From assembly GCA_963706285.1 (NCBI GenBank), contig CAVPLU010000014.1, positions 1 through 64,000 of the forward strand: a stretch of 64,000 nucleotides of DNA, given 5' to 3'. Both the position numbers and the translations under genes were made by a program. Of this stretch, positions 32,853-42,049 are shown piece after piece. This DNA comes from Candidatus Bathyarchaeota archaeon (lineage in GTDB: Archaea > Thermoproteota > Bathyarchaeia > 40CM-2-53-6). The notes under the pieces are model-generated. The model was not told the DNA's origin. It saw only the letters and a list, made by a program, of their open reading frames with translations, and did no database searches. Numbering within the stretch: the first letter of the stretch is position 1; every line of letters begins with the position of its first letter.

Positions 32853-33836
32853 TTGCAGCTGTTGCTCATGGTCGTCATTCTGGGAGCACTAGTGTGGTAC
32901 GTGGGATTGGACACGCTAGTGATGGTTCTAACGAAAACAGATCCACTATACTTCCTACTTGCTTTTGCCGCATATTTCCTGATCAACGTGCTCTTCACCA
33001 TACGAATCATTAGAGTTCTCCAACGACAGGGAATCAAGGCAACCTTCGGTAGAACGTTCCTAGCTCATTATAGTGGCATGCTGACAAGTGATTTCACGCC
33101 TGGAAGAACCGGATACCTGCTAACGCCAGTGTATCTGATGAACCAAGGCATAGACACTTCAGCAAGCCTTTCCTGCGTTCTCGGTATACAGTCAATCGAG
33201 TTTCTCGTCAAGGTTCTTGGTGGAGCCTTGGCGTTAGTCTTCCTTCTGAATCAAATGAGCATGACTCGGGAACTATTCTGGATCGGCTTGATAGGCATCG
33301 GGCTCATGCTTCTTGGCGGTTTCGTGTTAGCTGCGATAATCTGGTCTCCAAGAGCAGCCGCATTGATTCGGAAAATCGCCGGTTCAAAGCCGCTCGTGCG
33401 CTTCACCCATGGCATCATGACGAAGCTGGAAGAGTTCGGCAAGAACGCGATGAAGACTCGAAGCGGGATACCTGAGATCGCGCTGATATCAACCCTATCT
33501 TGGGTTCTGAAGGGGTTAGAATGGTATTTTCTAGGCCTGGCGCTTGGAATAACCAATATTGGATGGCTGGGGTTCTTTCTTCTCCATCCTCTAATTACTG
33601 CGTTCGGATTTGTGCCGCTAACACCCTCTGGAATAGGATTCCAAGAAGGTGCCATCGTAGGCATCTTCCTACTGCTAGGAGTTGACATTCGACTAGCTTT
33701 GGCATTCGCAGTTCTCTCGCGAGCACTACTAATACTCCAAGACCTAATCGGCGTGCCTCAGATTGCGGGATCCGCTCAACACGGGCTCTTCGCAACAACG
33801 AAGCTGGTATCCCGTAAGCCAACAACCGTAAGCTAA
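32853..33836 (+). CDS. Lysylphosphatidylglycerol-synthase TM region / flippase-like protein (N-terminus probably from GTG ~32810 across an extra A)
   Basis: TPGRTG, P.TPSGIGFQE, R.L.I motifs, multiple TMs. Confidence 0.8.
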   Translation: MQLLLMVVILGALVWYVGLDTLVMVLTKTDPLYFLLAFAAYFLINVLFTIRIIRVLQRQGIKATFGRTFLAHYSGMLTSDFTPGRTGYLLTPVYLMNQGIDTSASLSCVLGIQSIEFLVKVLGGALALVFLLNQMSMTRELFWIGLIGIGLMLLGGFVLAAIIWSPRAAALIRKIAGSKPLVRFTHGIMTKLEEFGKNAMKTRSGIPEIALISTLSWVLKGLEWYFLGLALGITNIGWLGFFLLHPLITAFGFVPLTPSGIGFQEGAIVGIFLLLGVDIRLALAFAVLSRALLILQDLIGVPQIAGSAQHGLFATTKLVSRKPTTVS

Positions 33837-33877
33837 GAAAGTAGAATGACTGTAGACGGGATCTGACAGCTTAGGCC

Positions 33878-34897
33878 TTAGACGTTTCTTCTTCGTCGTT
33901 TCCAAATCCAGAGTATTATCGACGGCAGCACCGAGACGAGTACGACGACCACGATAACGAGCTGCAAGTACTCAGCTATGTTGGGTATCATGCTCCCGAG
34001 AAAATAGCCTGTCAGAGTCATGCTCAGAACCCACAGTACGCCTCCAGTTATGTTGTACAATACGAAGGCGAAGTAATTCATTCTCGCCGCTCCTGCGACT
34101 GCAGGCGCAAAAGTTCGAATCACAGGAACGAAACGTGCCAGCACAATCGCTTTTCCTCCATGCTTCGCGTAGAATGCGCTTGCACGCTCAAGGTTAGTGC
34201 GTACGAATTGAAAGCGGTCAGCGAGAACCTCACCCGATTGGTGGCCAATGAAGTAACTCAGCTGATCCCCGAGTATGGCTGCCAAGATTGTCAACGGGAT
34301 CAGAAGGACTAAATTCAGCTGACCCGCCGATCCCAAGATTCCAGCAGCAACCAGCAAGGAATCACCGGGGAGAAAGAATCCGAAGAAGAGGCCTGTTTCA
34401 ACAAAGACAACTGCGGGCACCCCCCACGTGCCTCCCCAGCGAATCAGAAACGCTGGGTTAAGGTAACTCTGCGAAGCAAAGTAGAAGCCATTCACAGTGG
34501 TATATATCGCCAAGAGAGCGCCTGTCAGCCCGAAAGGATAGTAGAACAATAGCTCCCTAACCACTAATAGCGCAGGCAAAACGCTGATCGCAAGAAGTAT
34601 GGTGCCTCCCACATTGGTCAGCTCTCGCAATGGTCTATTCATCTTCAGCGAAACGCTGTAGGCAGTCCAAGAGAACACGCACAGCACGACAGATGTGAGA
34701 GGAATCATGATCCAAAGAAGCGGAAAGAGAAATGAGGATACGAGACGAACCTCAGGTTCTTGCTCGAAAAGAAGCGGAAGAAGAAATCCTCCAATTTCCC
34801 CTGAAATGAAATGCGGCACCACGAAAACAAGAGAAAGCAGGAAGAGGCAGGAATACCCTGAAAGGAATCCTAGCAGGATCCCAGATATTCGCCTCAT
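33878..34897 (-). CDS. DedA/VTT-family protein with an extra N-terminal membrane domain
   Basis: FVETGLFFGFFLPGDSLL, GDQLSY..G, ARFVPVIRTFAP.VAG. Confidence 0.88.
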   Translation of the reverse strand: MRRISGILLGFLSGYSCLFLLSLVFVVPHFISGEIGGFLLPLLFEQEPEVRLVSSFLFPLLWIMIPLTSVVLCVFSWTAYSVSLKMNRPLRELTNVGGTILLAISVLPALLVVRELLFYYPFGLTGALLAIYTTVNGFYFASQSYLNPAFLIRWGGTWGVPAVVFVETGLFFGFFLPGDSLLVAAGILGSAGQLNLVLLIPLTILAAILGDQLSYFIGHQSGEVLADRFQFVRTNLERASAFYAKHGGKAIVLARFVPVIRTFAPAVAGAARMNYFAFVLYNITGGVLWVLSMTLTGYFLGSMIPNIAEYLQLVIVVVVLVSVLPSIILWIWKRRRRNV

Positions 34898-35244
34898 CCT
34901 AAGACACACAGGCAAGTCCAAGTCTCTGGAACCATACAAAAATGATTGCCTACATCCCTTGAATTGGTAAGCGAGAATGAATCGAGTGCATGCAGTGTTC
35001 ACCATCATGCATGGTGCCTGTCGGGGCTGCCCTGGGTCCTATCCTCCAACAAGGGAATCGTCTTCCCGGTGAGCAAGGTCTCATGGAATTCGGGTACTGA
35101 GGATCGTGCCATACGAAGTTGGGGTGGCTGCCACTCTTGACAGCGTCAGAACCCTCCGGTCTAGAATAGAAGAACTATTCTTTCTCGACGTTCTGAATAG
35201 GGCGCTCCAATAGGCCAGGCTTGCGGTATCGAAGGATATCCCCC

Positions 35245-36492
35245 ATGAAATCGATCATCATAGTCGGTGACGGAATGTCTGACCGACCTATCGCACGTCT
35301 TGGCCTCAAGACGCCCCTTATGGTTGCTCGGAAACCTAGTATCGATCGTATCGCACGTGAGGGACGAGTAGGTCTTTTCAGGTCTATTCCAACGGGGCTA
35401 CCGGCGGAGTCTGATGTGGCGAACGTATCGATCTTCGGATACGATCCCTGGAAATCCGTGCGTGGGCGGGCGGTACTAGAGGCGGCGAGCCTAGGTATCG
35501 ATCTTGATCCCTCCGATGTTGCGTTTCGATGCAATTTTATCGCGATCGAATCCGGCAGAATCAAGAACCATTCTGCTGGTCACATCTCAACCGAGGAGTC
35601 CTCTAAGCTAATTCACGCATTGGATACGGAGCTTGGCAGCGGACGCGGTGAAATGCCCGTGAAGTTTCATTCTGGCGTCAGCTACCGGAATCTTCTCGTC
35701 CTCAGAGGAGGATGGGCCTCACCAGATGTACAGTGCACTCCTCCCCACGATCATGTCGGCGAAAAAATATCGGATCTGCTTCCACGTGCGCTTGACCAAT
35801 CGGCCGAGAAAACTCGTTTGCGCCTCTTGGAGCTCTATGAGCAATCGCTGAAGATTCTGGCAGATCAACCTGTCAACCTTGCCCGGCGTGCTGCTGGGAA
35901 GGACGTGGCTGCAGCCATTTGGCCCTGGTCTCCGGGAAGACGACCGGCAATGAAGACATTCCAAGAACTCTATGGGGTCCGAGGAGCGGTGATCTCTGCG
36001 GTCGACCTCATTAAGGGTCTCGGGCGCTATGCAGGATTGGAGATTATCCAAGTTCCAGGGGCGACCGGACTCTGGGACACCAACTACGAAGGAAAAGCCT
36101 CAGCATGTCTTGAAGCCCTCAAAGACCATGACTTCGTTTACGTTCATGTCGAAGCAACCGACGAGGCGTCGCACTCTCGGGATCTTGATTTGAAAATCAA
36201 ATGTATCGAACAACTGGATGGGAGACTCGTTAGCCCGATCCTTGCAGGTCTTGAGAAGCTGGAGATTGAAGCCACGGTGGCTATAATATCAGACCATCCA
36301 ACGTTGGTGGAGACGGGCAATCATGCCGGTGACCCGGTTCCTGCCGCGATCTGGAGAAAAGGTGGCAACTCCGATGCCGTTCAGCGATTTGACGAGCAGG
36401 AAGCTGTTCACGGTAGCCTAGGCATGATGCGAGGGGACGATTTCATCAGACAAGTTCTCGATATCCACAAGGACGAAACCACTCCCTCGTGA
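35245..36492 (+). CDS. apgM: Cofactor-independent phosphoglycerate mutase, archaeal type
   Basis: IIVGDGMSD, TPL..A..P, SDVAN, HVEATDEASH, SDHPT, H..DPVP. Confidence 0.92.
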   Translation: MKSIIIVGDGMSDRPIARLGLKTPLMVARKPSIDRIAREGRVGLFRSIPTGLPAESDVANVSIFGYDPWKSVRGRAVLEAASLGIDLDPSDVAFRCNFIAIESGRIKNHSAGHISTEESSKLIHALDTELGSGRGEMPVKFHSGVSYRNLLVLRGGWASPDVQCTPPHDHVGEKISDLLPRALDQSAEKTRLRLLELYEQSLKILADQPVNLARRAAGKDVAAAIWPWSPGRRPAMKTFQELYGVRGAVISAVDLIKGLGRYAGLEIIQVPGATGLWDTNYEGKASACLEALKDHDFVYVHVEATDEASHSRDLDLKIKCIEQLDGRLVSPILAGLEKLEIEATVAIISDHPTLVETGNHAGDPVPAAIWRKGGNSDAVQRFDEQEAVHGSLGMMRGDDFIRQVLDIHKDETTPS

Positions 36493-36663
36493 CGGTTCAA
36501 TTCGAAAGCTCGCACTATAATATTCGCATGTACAGGAAGTGGCTTTTCTGGCTCCGCAGTTTGGGCAGAAGATGCTCCCTTGGCGTGAGCGCTCCACGAT
36601 GTTGACGGGGCAAAGATGAGTTAACACGAGGCGCAACTTCAGAATTCTGTGTTGGTTGAGCCT

Positions 36664-37077
36664 TCAAGCTTTGATGGTAGCGGCGGATATGACCTGGTCT
36701 CGTGTCTCATCGGATTCATATTGGATTGTGACATGCGTTGGTCTGAGTATTTTTCTGAAGGTCGCAAGGGCTGCCAAAGGATTACTGGCGTATCCGCATG
36801 TGGCGCAGTCAAATTCCACCGTTCGATACAATTTGGATGTATGAGCTGTTAGATGGCTAGTTGTTATGAGAGCGTTGACGCTTACTCCGCCCCCCATAAT
36901 GTCGTCTTCGACCTTGTAGACTAGGGGGTTCGTTGTTTTGGTTTTCGCAAGACGCATGTTCGCGTTGCGGATCGCTGTCAATGTCGTATCAAGGAGAAGT
37001 TTGTCGTCGAGAAGATCTGACTGACATCCGTGCAGTGTTGCCACGATCTGCTTGTAAGCGTATGGTCTAGCAATCAA
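36664..37077 (-). CDS. Divergent pyruvoyl-dependent decarboxylase proenzyme of the SpeD/SpeH (class 1B AdoMetDC) fold
   Basis: LHGC...GGVS..LITTSHLTAHT...DCATCG aligns by eye with GVS...ESHISIHTWPE...DxFTCG. Confidence 0.75.
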   Translation of the reverse strand: MIARPYAYKQIVATLHGCQSDLLDDKLLLDTTLTAIRNANMRLAKTKTTNPLVYKVEDDIMGGGVSVNALITTSHLTAHTSKLYRTVEFDCATCGYASNPLAALATFRKILRPTHVTIQYESDETRDQVISAATIKA

Positions 37078-37404
37078 TTTCTGAGCTGGAGTTCCTCCGC
37101 AAGTAGTTCGATTTTTTTCTTATCGCAAGACAGAATGAATATAAGTGTTGTCTTGGTGAGTCGCGCGAAATTTCTTCGCCAAAATTCTACGTTCAGTCAC
37201 AAATTTCGGTACAGAACGCCACAGATGTTCCAATTGCTCCAAACAAAGCCAGAAAAATTTCCTCATGCATGAATGACTGCGGGCAAATGGATCCAGATGG
37301 ACCGTGAGTTTCTTGCTAGGTGGTATGAGCCGTCCCGAACGTGAAATAAGTGTCCAAACATCAAACTGCCTTCGTTCTTCTTCAGTGGACGAGGAGATCG
37401 TGGT

Positions 37405-38508
37405 CTAGAAGATTATTCTGTTAAGCTGCTCATTTTCTGAGCCTAGATTGATTTCGCGTGCTATGCGTCGCCCTGTTGACATTGGTTCTTTGTAAGAATA
37501 GGCAGAATAGGGCGAGCCTGAAGGGTACAGATTCGTGCCGGCGACGATACGCGCTGAGATCTCAAATACGGTAAAGCCTCTGCTCGGGCTGAAGATCGTC
37601 TCTAGAGAGAAGGGGCCGATCATGCCCGGTGGGAAGAGCTCCATTGACTTCTCAACGGTTCTTGCTCCCATCCTTAGAACCTCGGGCAAGAGGCTTTCCC
37701 TCACTATCACTGGTTCATTGCCGGTTACCGTGTAGTCGAAGAACTGCTCCGGCACATCAGGGAGGCCTCGGTAACTCTCGTCAATAGGCTCGATCCTCCT
37801 ATCCATGCTGAGAAGCTCAAGTGCTGACCCTCGGACGGGCAGGCCCTGCTTGGATATCGGCGAGGTGAAAAAATGCGGATAGTAACGGACGCCCACCACG
37901 AATTCCTGTATCGCAATATTGCGGGCGTCTTCAGATCTGATTTCTCCTCTATCTATCTTCTCTGAAATCTTCCTGTGAAATTCTTGTTCGTTGTTTGCGG
38001 TGAAGAATCCGTGTCCTCCCTTGGCGCCAGGAAGCTTAGCGAAGACTCTTTGGTCGATCTCTGATGGATCTTTGTACTCTTTGGGCATCCTAAGGCCCGC
38101 CGATTCCAGCCATTTCCGTTGCCTGTTCCTATCTGTCTCCCAGTTGAGACTCTCCCTGTTTCCGAACACTGGCACCGCGAATTTCTCAAGGATCGCTTTA
38201 GCGGTCACATACTCGACGAAACTTCCGTGCGGAACCACGATGCTGTTCTCTTCGATGAGTTGTGTCTGTATTTCGTCTCTGAGGATGTCCTTGAAGTCAT
38301 CAACGATGAGACACTTGTCCGCCTTCGCCAGCGGAAACGACTCGTACGTTGCTCGCCGTTCTTGCGTACAGACGTTGAGGGTGCGTAGTCCTTCCTGTTT
38401 CGCGCCGTGGAAGATCTGCAGTGCCGAGTGTGAACCAATGGTTGCCACGGTCAATCTGCGGCGATCGTATCCTGCCAGAATCTCCGCTATCTCTTCTCTA
38501 GAGATCAT
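37405..38508 (-). CDS. purP: FAICAR synthetase (formate-phosphoribosylaminoimidazolecarboxamide ligase)
   Basis: SHSALQI..GAK.EG, PHGSFVEY, GAKGG.G, RESLL, FEISARIVAGTN, MSTGRRIAREI. Confidence 0.92.
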   Translation of the reverse strand: MISREEIAEILAGYDRRRLTVATIGSHSALQIFHGAKQEGLRTLNVCTQERRATYESFPLAKADKCLIVDDFKDILRDEIQTQLIEENSIVVPHGSFVEYVTAKAILEKFAVPVFGNRESLNWETDRNRQRKWLESAGLRMPKEYKDPSEIDQRVFAKLPGAKGGHGFFTANNEQEFHRKISEKIDRGEIRSEDARNIAIQEFVVGVRYYPHFFTSPISKQGLPVRGSALELLSMDRRIEPIDESYRGLPDVPEQFFDYTVTGNEPVIVRESLLPEVLRMGARTVEKSMELFPPGMIGPFSLETIFSPSRGFTVFEISARIVAGTNLYPSGSPYSAYSYKEPMSTGRRIAREINLGSENEQLNRIIF

Positions 38509-39692
38509 GTGACAATCTCCGAAAGTCTCCCGGTCTCGGCTGCAACCTTGATCTCCAACATTGGCAGATCCATAGGCGCCTCGACTCTGTCAAGGCCAAA
38601 TCTTCTCAGATATTCTCCATACTTCAGCGTGAGCCGTCGCATCTCTGGTGAGGTCGGTCCGACACAGGGACAACCGGGTATCCTTGGGCTTACGTCGAAA
38701 ACGTAGAAGGAGAGACGTTTGCTCTCGGGGTCGTCCGCGTCATAGGCGATTGCGCCTTGGAGAGCAAACAACCCGTTCACGCCAGGAGGGAACTCTTCTC
38801 GGCAAGTTCGCCGGAAAGCCTCCGCGGCTTGATAGACCAGCGGTTTTTGTGACTCCCTCATTGTAAGGCCATAGTGGCCTATCTCCTCATTTCTGATGGC
38901 GATGTCTACGGAAAGCTGATCTCGCGCGGGCAGCCCCAGAAGGCCATGCAAGTTAGTCTGCTTGCGATCATCGAAGCCGACGAAGTCAAAGTCGTCGAAG
39001 AGATCCGCCAGCGCCCAGCCTTGGAAATTTGCGTTGAACTTCTGCCCAAGGACGTACTCTTCGATTCTCGCCTTCCGAAGGTTCTGCTCGTCGATGACTC
39101 CTTTCCTGAGTAGTTCCTCAGCCTTTTGCTCGAATTGCGTCTTTGAGTTCGCGTAGAAGAAGGCGCGTTCAAGCGGCCTTCGCTTCTGCTGAACCTTCAC
39201 GATGGCGAGTCTATCGATCTTGTCCGGGGATTCGAATTTCTTCGGAGTCTTTATCCCAGCTCTCTCCAGCAACCAGTATTGGTTTCTGCGTTCGGTCCTT
39301 TCTTCAGCTCGTAATAGCAGTCTATTGCCGTAGAGGGGTATGGGGAAATGTTGCTCAATTACGTCATAGCCAACGTACACCGAGAAACTCCTGTTCGGAA
39401 TGAAGACTGTGTTAAGTTCCTTCAGTTGGCTGACTATGTCTGGACTGGCAATATCAGCGAATCTGTCGACAAGAATGATGTGCTCAAATAGAGTTCGGTT
39501 GTGCTTCGAGTACAAGTCGTCTCTGCCTTTCTCACAGACCACGACGCAGGGCAGCCCGATTGCTTTCGAGGCGACGCCCACCTCTTCAGCTGAGTGTGAC
39601 CCTAGCACACCCACAGTCACACTGTCTGAGTCGTACTTTTGGACTGCCTTCCGAATATCCGATCCAAGGCTCAATGAACTGACTTCCACCAC
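38505..39692 (-). CDS. PurP-like paralogue (DUF1246/DUF1297)
   Basis: GSHSA, FIPNRSF.VY, ERAFF, EIGH...T.RES, FDVSPRIPG. ATGA overlap with purP. Confidence 0.88.
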   Translation of the reverse strand: MVEVSSLSLGSDIRKAVQKYDSDSVTVGVLGSHSAEEVGVASKAIGLPCVVVCEKGRDDLYSKHNRTLFEHIILVDRFADIASPDIVSQLKELNTVFIPNRSFSVYVGYDVIEQHFPIPLYGNRLLLRAEERTERRNQYWLLERAGIKTPKKFESPDKIDRLAIVKVQQKRRPLERAFFYANSKTQFEQKAEELLRKGVIDEQNLRKARIEEYVLGQKFNANFQGWALADLFDDFDFVGFDDRKQTNLHGLLGLPARDQLSVDIAIRNEEIGHYGLTMRESQKPLVYQAAEAFRRTCREEFPPGVNGLFALQGAIAYDADDPESKRLSFYVFDVSPRIPGCPCVGPTSPEMRRLTLKYGEYLRRFGLDRVEAPMDLPMLEIKVAAETGRLSEIVT

Positions 39693-39795
39693 CTAACCGC
39701 TATTTCACCCGTAAAACTATGTGTTTTGAGGCATAGTCCAAGTGAGACAAGGCCCCTTTCAGCCACGGCAGGGCACTGGTTGGAGGAACTCTGCG

Positions 39796-40326
39796 CTATT
39801 CATGCCACGCATATGATGAAGCTTCGATGACGTATTGCGACGCATCACTCACCGTACCTCGATCTATGAAAACGCCAGTAACAGCGACACGGCAGGGCAC
39901 TGCGAAAGAGCAGGGAGAAGGAGCAACCTCATAGTTGGTTCCATTGAAGACAAGCGAGATATATCGATCAATTGTTGACGATGATCCCGCTACTGCTATG
40001 CACGGGTTGACTGCAAAGTACATGTTCCTAGGATCTCCTTCGCAGAGACTGTAGTCGTCTCCGAAATGTGGTGCAGTGTGTTTGACAAGATATCCGACAG
40101 CATTCACTTTCTGGCCAACGTGAAAAGCTGGACGTTCGTAAAGTTCTCTTACTGATACGTCACGAGGGTACAACCAGCCAGGCCCCAAGGAGAAGAAAAC
40201 CCAAGTGCTCGCAAGAACGAGTATCAGCAGTGTCGCTAGAAGACAAACCCGGATTACAGTCCTATTCTTGGCTTTATCCGTGCCATGGTATATTCTGTCA
40301 ACGGTCTTTCGCAACTCCGATCCCAA
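39796..40326 (-). CDS. Hypothetical membrane-anchored protein (possible OB-like extracellular domain)
   Basis: Single N-terminal TM followed by V.EL...P..Y/H.GQKV...G and V.VTG.F motifs, four Cys in the domain. Confidence 0.6.
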   Translation of the reverse strand: MGSELRKTVDRIYHGTDKAKNRTVIRVCLLATLLILVLASTWVFFSLGPGWLYPRDVSVRELYERPAFHVGQKVNAVGYLVKHTAPHFGDDYSLCEGDPRNMYFAVNPCIAVAGSSSTIDRYISLVFNGTNYEVAPSPCSFAVPCRVAVTGVFIDRGTVSDASQYVIEASSYAWHE

Positions 40327-40408
40327 CCAGCCAAGCTGATGTCCTACATGGGGGTCGAGTCAAATCTCGTTGGTCTGCAATGCAAACATCAGGGTCGTTT
40401 CATGGCAG

Positions 40409-41497
40409 CTAGTATGCGTCCAGTCTGGCCGCGCATCTTACGCAGTAGATCCTAATCCACTCCGGATTCACGTGCCCGCAAGTCCTGCACACTTTCTGAC
40501 CTCCGATTGGTCTCTCGCTCCTCGTGTCCCATTCTCTTGTGGTAGTCGCCACGTTAACAGGAGGTTCCGGCTTCCTGACCGGCGCTACAGTCGCATGGGG
40601 TTCTTGCTTCCTGACTGGCGCGGCTCTGACTGGTGCTGCTCTGGAAATGTGTTCCGGCTTCGTGACATGCATGCCTGTGCTTGGAGCAGCAAGCGAGCTT
40701 CCGCAACTCGAACAGAATGTTGCATCGCTTCTATTCTTGTATCCACACGCAGGGCATGACCTTGCTAAGGCTCCCTTGGCAGTCGCTGATTTCTTCCGAT
40801 ATCTTACAAGTCCGACTACAGCTAAGGCGACTACAACGCCCAGCCCGATCAGAGTTACGTAGGTTGTCGTTCCGCTAGGAATCTCGAATGGCAAGATTCC
40901 TCCCTGAGTGTTAGTTGCCACCTTACCGACCGGTATGTTCGTGTCATACAGGATCACTGTCCGCGTGGTCGAATTGCCGCTCAAGAAGCTCGTTTCCATA
41001 AGAATGCCGGTGATTTTGTCATACCAGGAACGTTGGTCTTGATTCACGGAGTCGAGCACGAAGCACTGTACCTGCGTATAGTTCACACTATCCGGAGGAA
41101 AACCGATGGTAGTATTCGTGTTGAAGCTACCCGGGCCTGTCCAAAGAGAATACCCAAGCCCTTGTGTTGTGCCCACTAGTGCGAGGGTTCCGCTTTCGAA
41201 ATCGAGATAGCCATACGAGGGCGGATGTTGGCTCAACTCAGAGTCAGTGAAATTCAGTATCCCAGTCCTGATAGCCATCTCGGCGGTATGCTCATGGATT
41301 TCCACGAATTCCACGTACGTGTAGTCCGTCTTGTTTGCTTGCCAATCCACGGACCTGTACCACACGTATGCGCCATCCTTGATCCCCGAAGGTGCAGATG
41401 ATGCGGCATTGGCCCAGCCGAAGTTGGCGAGATTCATAACTGCCAACAGCACAAAAGCAAGCATGAAGCCCTTCTTGGCACACGCTTTCAAACACAA
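40409..41497 (-). CDS. Single-pass membrane protein with extracellular domain and two cytoplasmic zinc ribbons
   Basis: Signal peptide, TM + RYRKK, CPACG..FCSSCG and CRTCG..YCVRC, APVR repeats between them. Confidence 0.75.
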   Translation of the reverse strand: MCLKACAKKGFMLAFVLLAVMNLANFGWANAASSAPSGIKDGAYVWYRSVDWQANKTDYTYVEFVEIHEHTAEMAIRTGILNFTDSELSQHPPSYGYLDFESGTLALVGTTQGLGYSLWTGPGSFNTNTTIGFPPDSVNYTQVQCFVLDSVNQDQRSWYDKITGILMETSFLSGNSTTRTVILYDTNIPVGKVATNTQGGILPFEIPSGTTTYVTLIGLGVVVALAVVGLVRYRKKSATAKGALARSCPACGYKNRSDATFCSSCGSSLAAPSTGMHVTKPEHISRAAPVRAAPVRKQEPHATVAPVRKPEPPVNVATTTREWDTRSERPIGGQKVCRTCGHVNPEWIRIYCVRCAARLDAY

Positions 41498-41782
41498 GAC
41501 CCAGTAGCGTCTCAGATCCGACAGCCTTTAACAATTTCGACTTGTGCGCTTGGTGAGTTTGGTCATGAAGGTGGCCGTTATGCGTGTTCGCACCATGCCG
41601 ACACGCTCAAAATCAATGGACTCCTGAACTCGGTCATATCCATGATCGTTTTGGGAATCCCTAGATAACCGGATGTAACGCGGTCAAAGTCCGAAGTGTC
41701 GGCCAGCTTCGGAGAGCCTCTCGGCACCTTGAAAGGTGACGAGGAAGGGAAAGCGTCTTAAGGATTGAACGCGCTATGACGA

Positions 41783-42049
41783 GTGGCGTTCGACATGGCG
41801 CGTTCTAGGACTAGCCGAGTTGAAGCTCTGAATCTAAAGTCCGGTCCGACCCAAAGCGGAGGGGTTTCGCATCCTCCTCCTTCGGCACCTGTGGGAGGAG
41901 AAATGCTTCCGGTCGACAAGCTGTCAGTATTCCTGTCAAACTATTGGGTCCTCGTTATCTTGCTGCTTTTGCTCCCAGCTGCCTTGGTCCTCTACAAGAA
42001 ACGGGAAATCGCCCTGAAGTTGCTCACGCCCGTTCTCTCACGCTTCTGA
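41783..42049 (+). CDS. Small protein consisting mostly of a PVGG-type C-terminal anchor
   Basis: PPPSAPVGGEMLPVDKL + hydrophobic helix + YKKR. TATA-like TCTTAAGG about 25 nt upstream. Confidence 0.65.
   Translation: MAFDMARSRTSRVEALNLKSGPTQSGGVSHPPPSAPVGGEMLPVDKLSVFLSNYWVLVILLLLLPAALVLYKKREIALKLLTPVLSRF

Noticed and set aside
35018-35144. Possible riboswitch between the DedA gene and apgM (CTGTCGGGG...CTCTTGACAG, GTCAAGAGTGG on the minus strand)
   Set aside because: Pairing relies on several G-U pairs and the conserved SAM-I core elements are missing.
36418-36636. ORF containing FCPNCG
   Set aside because: Single knuckle, overlaps the apgM 3' end and the dispersed repeat. At most a remnant.
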